Shown here: piece by piece, positions 58,776 through 64,000 of the stretch
How the letters are laid out: each line of letters starts with the position of its first letter
How positions within the stretch are numbered: the stretch's first letter is position 1
From: Eubacterium sp.
Lineage (GTDB): Bacteria; Bacillota; Clostridia; Acetivibrionales; DSM-1351
DNA: 64,000 nucleotides
Assembly: GCA_029266335.1 (NCBI GenBank)
Contig: JAQSXC010000011.1
Location: forward strand, 1,289-65,288
Direction: 5' to 3'
Translations under genes and position numbers: made by a program
The notes under the pieces: model-generated
Seen by the model: only the letters and a program-made list of their open reading frames with translations
What the model was told of the DNA's origin: nothing
Databases searched by the model: none

Positions 58776-60047
58776 ATGTCATCAGAAAATTTACGTCATC
58801 TAAACAGGATTTCAGATGTAAACAGCAATAAGGGGGTCAAATTCCTTCACAAGGCAGCTTCTCCGGGCAGTCACTGTCCTCTGCATACCACACTTGCAAC
58901 AATAAAAAGGCTTGGAAACGTATCAAGTCTGGTGGTAGGAATGCCTGAATGCGGATATTACAGCAGATTCGTTATGACTTCGCCATATGGCAGGAATGGC
59001 GAACTGCATTACTTATACGAAATGGATTCAAATGAAGTGGTTTTTGGCTGCAGGGAAGGTTTGATGGATGCAATCAGACAAATGGACAGGGAAGGGGCCA
59101 AGGTTATATTTATAGTTGTTACCTGTATACCTGAACTGATTGGAGAGGATATTGAGTCGGTAATTACAGAGTTAAAGGGAGAAATAAATGCAAAACTCTT
59201 ATTTACCAATGTAGCTCATTTTACTCGAAATGGATATCAGGCAGGTTTTTTTAACACTATATCAAAGCTTCCGGACATAGCAGAGGGTATTATACCTGCA
59301 AGGGATGGTTCAAATATAAATATTTTAGGGTCTGCCGGTTCCTCAGAGATGCTCTTGTTCAATCAAAGCTTGATTGAAGGTGGATACAAGATAAATATAC
59401 TGGACAATAATTCATCACTGGAGGATATCCTTTCTTCAGTTGACGGAAAAATCAGTATTGTATTGAGTCCGAAAATGATGAAATTAGCTAAAAAGCTTGA
59501 GGAGAAATATGGCATTCCTTATTTTTGCCTGCATAATTTATATTCCTGTGATGATATAACCATCAAATATGAAAATATATTGGAAATGCTTAATTCGAAG
59601 CATTTAAATGTCCTTCAGGAACTAAAAGCTGAATTATTACAGCTGGAGGAAGAATGTAAAACAATATTAAAAGGCAGAAAATTTATAACAAGTAATCCGG
59701 AGCTGGATACCATTCCTTATGCTGCATATCTGAGCAGCCTGGGAATGCTACCGGTACTGCTTCATGTTGAAGAGTTTTATGAAGAAAATATGGAGCTGTG
59801 CAGCAGTTTAAAAGCATACGGGCAGGATCCTTATGTATGTTACATATCAGATGTCAGCAGGCTTATGAATGTTATTGAGGAGGAAGATATTTTCATATCC
59901 TTTGGGAATTGCGAGGATATGAGGCAGGAAAAGATTATCAGTGATTTGGATTTGAATAAAATGGCTGAACTAAGCGGTTACAGCAGGTCAATTGCACTGC
60001 TTGAAAAAATTATGCACCGTTTGGGTTCATCCGGAAAGGAGGCATAG
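58776..60047 (+). CDS. Nitrogenase component-1-like subunit (D/BchN-like)
   Basis: GSHC34P, GMPEC59, VTC117IPELIGED; EVVFG; no FeMo-co Cys/His motifs. Confidence 0.88.
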   Translation: MSSENLRHLNRISDVNSNKGVKFLHKAASPGSHCPLHTTLATIKRLGNVSSLVVGMPECGYYSRFVMTSPYGRNGELHYLYEMDSNEVVFGCREGLMDAIRQMDREGAKVIFIVVTCIPELIGEDIESVITELKGEINAKLLFTNVAHFTRNGYQAGFFNTISKLPDIAEGIIPARDGSNINILGSAGSSEMLLFNQSLIEGGYKINILDNNSSLEDILSSVDGKISIVLSPKMMKLAKKLEEKYGIPYFCLHNLYSCDDITIKYENILEMLNSKHLNVLQELKAELLQLEEECKTILKGRKFITSNPELDTIPYAAYLSSLGMLPVLLHVEEFYEENMELCSSLKAYGQDPYVCYISDVSRLMNVIEEEDIFISFGNCEDMRQEKIISDLDLNKMAELSGYSRSIALLEKIMHRLGSSGKEA

Positions 60048-60051
60048 GTGG

Positions 60052-61269
60052 ATGGGCTTATATAAATTTCATCCTGAGCCATCGGGAAGAATGGGACTAT
60101 TATGGACTTTAGGGTTGATTTCTGATGCTGTGGTTCTGGAATTTGGAGCAATGGGACATATGCTTTATGCAGAAAAATGGCTGAAGCAGACAGGTTTAAG
60201 AAATAGAGGCAAGCTTTATGCAACTCATATTGATGAAAAGGATATTTCACTGGGCATAACAAAACGTCTGGAAGAAGCTGTTGATGAAATAGTAGAAAAG
60301 GATTCGCCAAAAGCAATATTTTTACTTCCGTCATCAATCCCTGAAATAATAGGAGTTGATCTGGATTCATTAAGGGAGGTCATGCAGCAGAAGTATCGGA
60401 ACATATCCATAATCACATTAAAAAAAGGAGGTTTTAAGGATAAATATTTTCAGGGAATTGAAGAGGCCTTGTATAAGGTGACTGAAATTATTCCCAGACA
60501 GGAAAAGCCTAAAAAGATTTTAACCTATAATATTATTGGATCCTGTGCAGATCTTAATAAATTTCAGGCAGATGAGAGAGAACTGAAGAGAATACTCAAG
60601 GGTGCATTGGGAATGGAGTGTCTGTGCTGTTTACCCTCGGATTCATCCATAAGTAAAATCGAGAAAATGTGCTGTGCACATATTAATCTTGTTATCCGCA
60701 GGGAAGGTATAAAAGCTGCTGAGGAGCTGGAAAGAAACTTTGGTACTCCATTCATATATGGAAGACCCTATGGATATGCCGGAACAGGAAAATGGCTGGA
60801 GGATATCGGCCAACGCTTGAACATACAAGTCAATCAGGCTTTTATAAATGAGGAGATTTGGGAAGGCCGTTATGTTTATGATTATTGCAGGCAAATGGTG
60901 AAATTTAAGGAAAATAAAAGCATAATTTCACTCGGGGGAAATATTGATGTGGTTAAAGGAATTATGGAATTTGCCTGTGGTGAATTAGGCATGAAAAGGG
61001 GACTTTTCTGGTGCAATAATAAAGAATATGAAACTGAGCAAATTCCTTATTATAATGAAAAAATGTGGATGGAAAACATAAATGAAGACTTTCAAGGCAT
61101 ACTCATGTCGGGTAAAGAAGTTTTGGAGAAAGCCTGCAGAGATAAAACTTATACAATTGACAGAGGCCTTGAATCCTGGAATTTTAACTGGTATACACCT
61201 CCATTTACAGGCTTTAGAGGTGCCATGAATCTCTGTTCCCTGTGGCTGGAATATATATTGGAGGACTAA
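60052..61269 (+). CDS. Nitrogenase component-1-like subunit (K/BchB-like)
   Basis: THIDEKDISLG, LEEAVDE, PSSIPEIIGVD, YNIIG, RPYG..GT..WL, PFTGFRGA; cluster Cys positions are S11, H36, S95. Confidence 0.85.
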   Translation: MGLYKFHPEPSGRMGLLWTLGLISDAVVLEFGAMGHMLYAEKWLKQTGLRNRGKLYATHIDEKDISLGITKRLEEAVDEIVEKDSPKAIFLLPSSIPEIIGVDLDSLREVMQQKYRNISIITLKKGGFKDKYFQGIEEALYKVTEIIPRQEKPKKILTYNIIGSCADLNKFQADERELKRILKGALGMECLCCLPSDSSISKIEKMCCAHINLVIRREGIKAAEELERNFGTPFIYGRPYGYAGTGKWLEDIGQRLNIQVNQAFINEEIWEGRYVYDYCRQMVKFKENKSIISLGGNIDVVKGIMEFACGELGMKRGLFWCNNKEYETEQIPYYNEKMWMENINEDFQGILMSGKEVLEKACRDKTYTIDRGLESWNFNWYTPPFTGFRGAMNLCSLWLEYILED

Positions 61270-61348
61270 CTCAATAATAAATAGTATGTATTCATACCTT
61301 TTAAACAATAATATTTGTTATACAAACATATAAAAGAAAGGTATATAC

Positions 61349-61906
61349 ATGGATAAATCACCATCTTTTCAGCAAATTTTAGATGTACAAAATCAGGCGA
61401 TTCTTATGCAATATCTCCATTGGTGTAAGGTGGAATTAGTCTCGTATCAGTTTTGGGTTTTGTTAGCCATGCTTATCGTTCCCTGGATAGTATGGATCAA
61501 GCTTATTGATAAAAAACGGATACAGGAAATTTTTATATATGGTCTTTTGGTTGTAACAGTAGTCACCTTTTTTGATGAATTAGGCTGCCAGTTAAATTTG
61601 TGGGAATATAAAATTGATATTGAACCATATTTTCCAAGGCTTATACCAATGAATTTTTCTATGCTGCCAGTCGTATATATGTTAATATATCAGTATTTTC
61701 CCAAATGGAAATCATTTTTACTCTTTAATATTCTTGCAGCAGTATTTTTTACTTTTATCGGAGAGCCAATTTTAGTAGCAATAAAAATATATGTGTTGAT
61801 AAACTGGAAATCAATATATTCTTTTCCTGTTTATATAATAATTGCTATTGGATTAAGAGCTTTAACCAAGTTAGTTGTAAAAACTAATCAGAATGCATCT
61901 TCATAA
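61349..61906 (+). CDS. CBO0543-like membrane protein
   Basis: W.KLIDKKR, DELG..LNLWEY, LPVVYMLIYQYF, F.FIGEP. Confidence 0.7.
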   Translation: MDKSPSFQQILDVQNQAILMQYLHWCKVELVSYQFWVLLAMLIVPWIVWIKLIDKKRIQEIFIYGLLVVTVVTFFDELGCQLNLWEYKIDIEPYFPRLIPMNFSMLPVVYMLIYQYFPKWKSFLLFNILAAVFFTFIGEPILVAIKIYVLINWKSIYSFPVYIIIAIGLRALTKLVVKTNQNASS

Positions 61907-62053
61907 TTCTCTTTATAATTCCACCGATTATTAATAATTCAATTATTTTACACTATGCTTTTTATAATTTTTAATAGATAGTTAACATTTTTATGCTATA
62001 ATAACACTTGTATTATAAAAAGTATTGGATTTGTCAGTGAAAAGGGTTAACCG

Positions 62054-62671
62054 ATGGGAGCTACTGTTTTGAAAATAGGTATTTGTGGAGGCACTTTTGA
62101 TCCTATACATTTAGGACATCTTGCAGTTGCTGAATTAGTAAGAAGTGAATTTGATCTGGACAAGATATTGTTTGTTCCTTCAGGCATGCCTCCTCATAAA
62201 AACTTGAAAAATGTTACTGCTCCAATACACAGACTGAATATGGTAAAATGTGCTGTAAGCTCAAACCCTTATTTTGAAGCAATTTCCATCGAAGTTGACA
62301 GGTCTGGCTACACATACACGGTAGATACCCTGAAGGAATTGCAGGGGTTGTACCCCCGGGGTACTGAATTCTACTATATAATTGGTGCTGATGTAGTCAT
62401 GGATTTGTTAAGCTGGAGGAATGCACCGGAGGTTTTCAAGCTGACAAATTTTATAGCAGTTATGAGACCGGGTTTTTCAAATGAGGCCTTCAAGGAACGT
62501 TTGATTTTCTTACGGAGTAAATATGAAGCAAATATACGCAGTTTTGAAATACCCTTGCTTGAAATATCGTCAACCTTTGTCAGAGAAAGAATAAAGGAGA
62601 AAAAATCAATAAAATATCTTGTGGATAAGGACGTTGAAGAATATATTATAAAAAACCACTTATATTTATAA
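62054..62671 (+). CDS. nadD: Nicotinate-nucleotide adenylyltransferase
   Basis: GGTFDPIHLGH, PPHK, YTVDTL, IIGAD, ISST. Confidence 0.96.
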   Translation: MGATVLKIGICGGTFDPIHLGHLAVAELVRSEFDLDKILFVPSGMPPHKNLKNVTAPIHRLNMVKCAVSSNPYFEAISIEVDRSGYTYTVDTLKELQGLYPRGTEFYYIIGADVVMDLLSWRNAPEVFKLTNFIAVMRPGFSNEAFKERLIFLRSKYEANIRSFEIPLLEISSTFVRERIKEKKSIKYLVDKDVEEYIIKNHLYL

Positions 62672-62770
62672 TGAGGCGATAGATGTCCATGGTGTCCTTT
62701 AAGACCCTCTGCCTCTACAGCCTGAATTTTTTGTTGATGAACCAATGTTGTTATATAAAGGAAATTAATT

Positions 62771-63340
62771 ATGACTTTAGACCAGATGGATCAATTATTA
62801 AAACAATCGCTGAAACCAGGCAGATATATACACTCGGTTAATACTATGAAAGAAGCTGTCGCATTGGCAGACATCTATGGTGAGGATAAGGATATGGCAG
62901 CCATAGCAGGACTTCTTCATGATTGTGCAAAAGATCTTCAGGAGCAGGAAACTCTGGATTACTGCAGGAATCATGGTATAGTGCTGAATGAGGTTGAGGA
63001 GAAACAGGTTTTTTTAATGCATGGAGCTGTAGGAGCCATAATTGCCAAAGAAAAATATGGGGTGGAGAATGAAACCATCCTGAATGCCATTAAATACCAT
63101 ACAACCGGATACTCTCAAATGAGTATGATGGATAAAATCATTTTTTTAGCAGATTACATAGAGCCAGGTAGAACGCACAGCGAGGTCGATAACGCAAGGA
63201 AACTGGCCTGTGAAAATATAGACAGGGCTTTGATCAGTTCTTTTGACAGCATAATAAGATATGTTATACACCAGAAGGGCTTGATACATCCGTATACCAT
63301 TGAAGCCAGAAACAAAATATTAATGTTGATTTCCGAATAA
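62771..63340 (+). CDS. yqeK: Ap4A hydrolase, HD family
   Basis: RYIHS, AGLLHDCAK, AIKYHTTG, IFLADYIEPGR; follows nadD. Confidence 0.92.
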   Translation: MTLDQMDQLLKQSLKPGRYIHSVNTMKEAVALADIYGEDKDMAAIAGLLHDCAKDLQEQETLDYCRNHGIVLNEVEEKQVFLMHGAVGAIIAKEKYGVENETILNAIKYHTTGYSQMSMMDKIIFLADYIEPGRTHSEVDNARKLACENIDRALISSFDSIIRYVIHQKGLIHPYTIEARNKILMLISE

Positions 63341-63412
63341 TATGGCAGGATTAAATAAAACGAAGAATGCCTGAAACGGAATTGGAATGTAAGGGGAAAG
63401 ATAAATAACGCT

Positions 63413-63928
63413 ATGAACAAATTTATAAAATTTGCATTTTACGCAGTTGGAACCTTTTTACTGTTGTTTTCATCAATTATAGTAGGAGCCAATTTTGCCA
63501 GAGACTCGGGGGTCTTTGACAAGGAAGCGGTAGAGGTGAAAAAACAGCCGCAGAATGTACAAGCGGCAACAAGCTCCACTCCCAAAAAGATAATTGTTGA
63601 CAGTGAACCGGTTAAAAACGAACCTGCAAAGGAAACACCAGCCGTTTCAACGGTAAATAATAATAAGCTGATCATTGAAGTAATAAATTGTACCGGTAAA
63701 GACGGTCTTGCCGAAGATACAAGAGGAATGCTTGAAACAAGGGGCTACACTGTAAGTGCGGGCAGTAACTCTGAAATCCAGGGAACATCGCAGATAATTA
63801 TCAGAAAAAAAGGTGTAAAAACTGATGTTATTAAAAGTACACTCAGGATATCGGTTGTAAAAGAAGAACTTCAGCCTGATTCGAGGTTTGATGTAACAAT
63901 CATTTTAGGAAGTGATTTTAATCCGTAA
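63413..63928 (+). CDS. Membrane-anchored LytR C-terminal domain protein
   Basis: N-terminal TM; IEVINCTGKDGLA...DVTIILGSDF. Confidence 0.85.
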   Translation: MNKFIKFAFYAVGTFLLLFSSIIVGANFARDSGVFDKEAVEVKKQPQNVQAATSSTPKKIIVDSEPVKNEPAKETPAVSTVNNNKLIIEVINCTGKDGLAEDTRGMLETRGYTVSAGSNSEIQGTSQIIIRKKGVKTDVIKSTLRISVVKEELQPDSRFDVTIILGSDFNP

Positions 63929-64000
63929 TAATATACCCTCTATTAACAATGTACAATACGTTTTTGAGTGGCGAATTTGCCCTGCGGCTGCGTTGAAGCC

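Noticed and set aside
63964-64000. GC-rich stretch at the window edge, possibly the start of another repeat element
   Set aside because: Truncated by the window; no second end or copy is available to support it

Overview
Low-GC clostridial chromosome segment. The CipC-like scaffoldin, AL-type dockerins and clostridial nif layout point to a mesophilic cellulolytic Ruminiclostridium-like organism (inference). In order, the window holds: small redox/HD genes; an NlpC/P60 cell-wall hydrolase; a ROK-regulated sugar/polyol ABC operon; a PadR-pentapeptide-DrrAB module; and an anfO-like operon divergent from a Mo-nitrogenase cluster (nifH-I1-I2-D-K-E-NB-fdx-nifVω-nifVα-modBC). These are followed by a 7x27-bp tandem array, an SLH protein, a reduced cellulosome operon (CBM3-X2-single cohesin scaffoldin, GH9, two GH5), purEFMNHD, a PadR-glycosyltransferase-GH3 module, a Fur-boxed iron-uptake operon and nadD-yqeK. 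The most striking candidate for an undescribed system is the Fur-boxed AraC + FecCD-type iron-chelate ABC operon that runs directly into a nitrogenase-like H/D/K triplet. That triplet has a DPOR-like ligand set (3 Cys on D; His at the BchB Asp36 position on K) and no FeMo-cofactor ligands. Other notable items are ANTAR-like attenuators upstream of nifH and anfO, a MITE with shortened relatives, and a palindrome shared by the nifH and nifNB leaders. All calls come from reading motifs by eye; no database searches were run.
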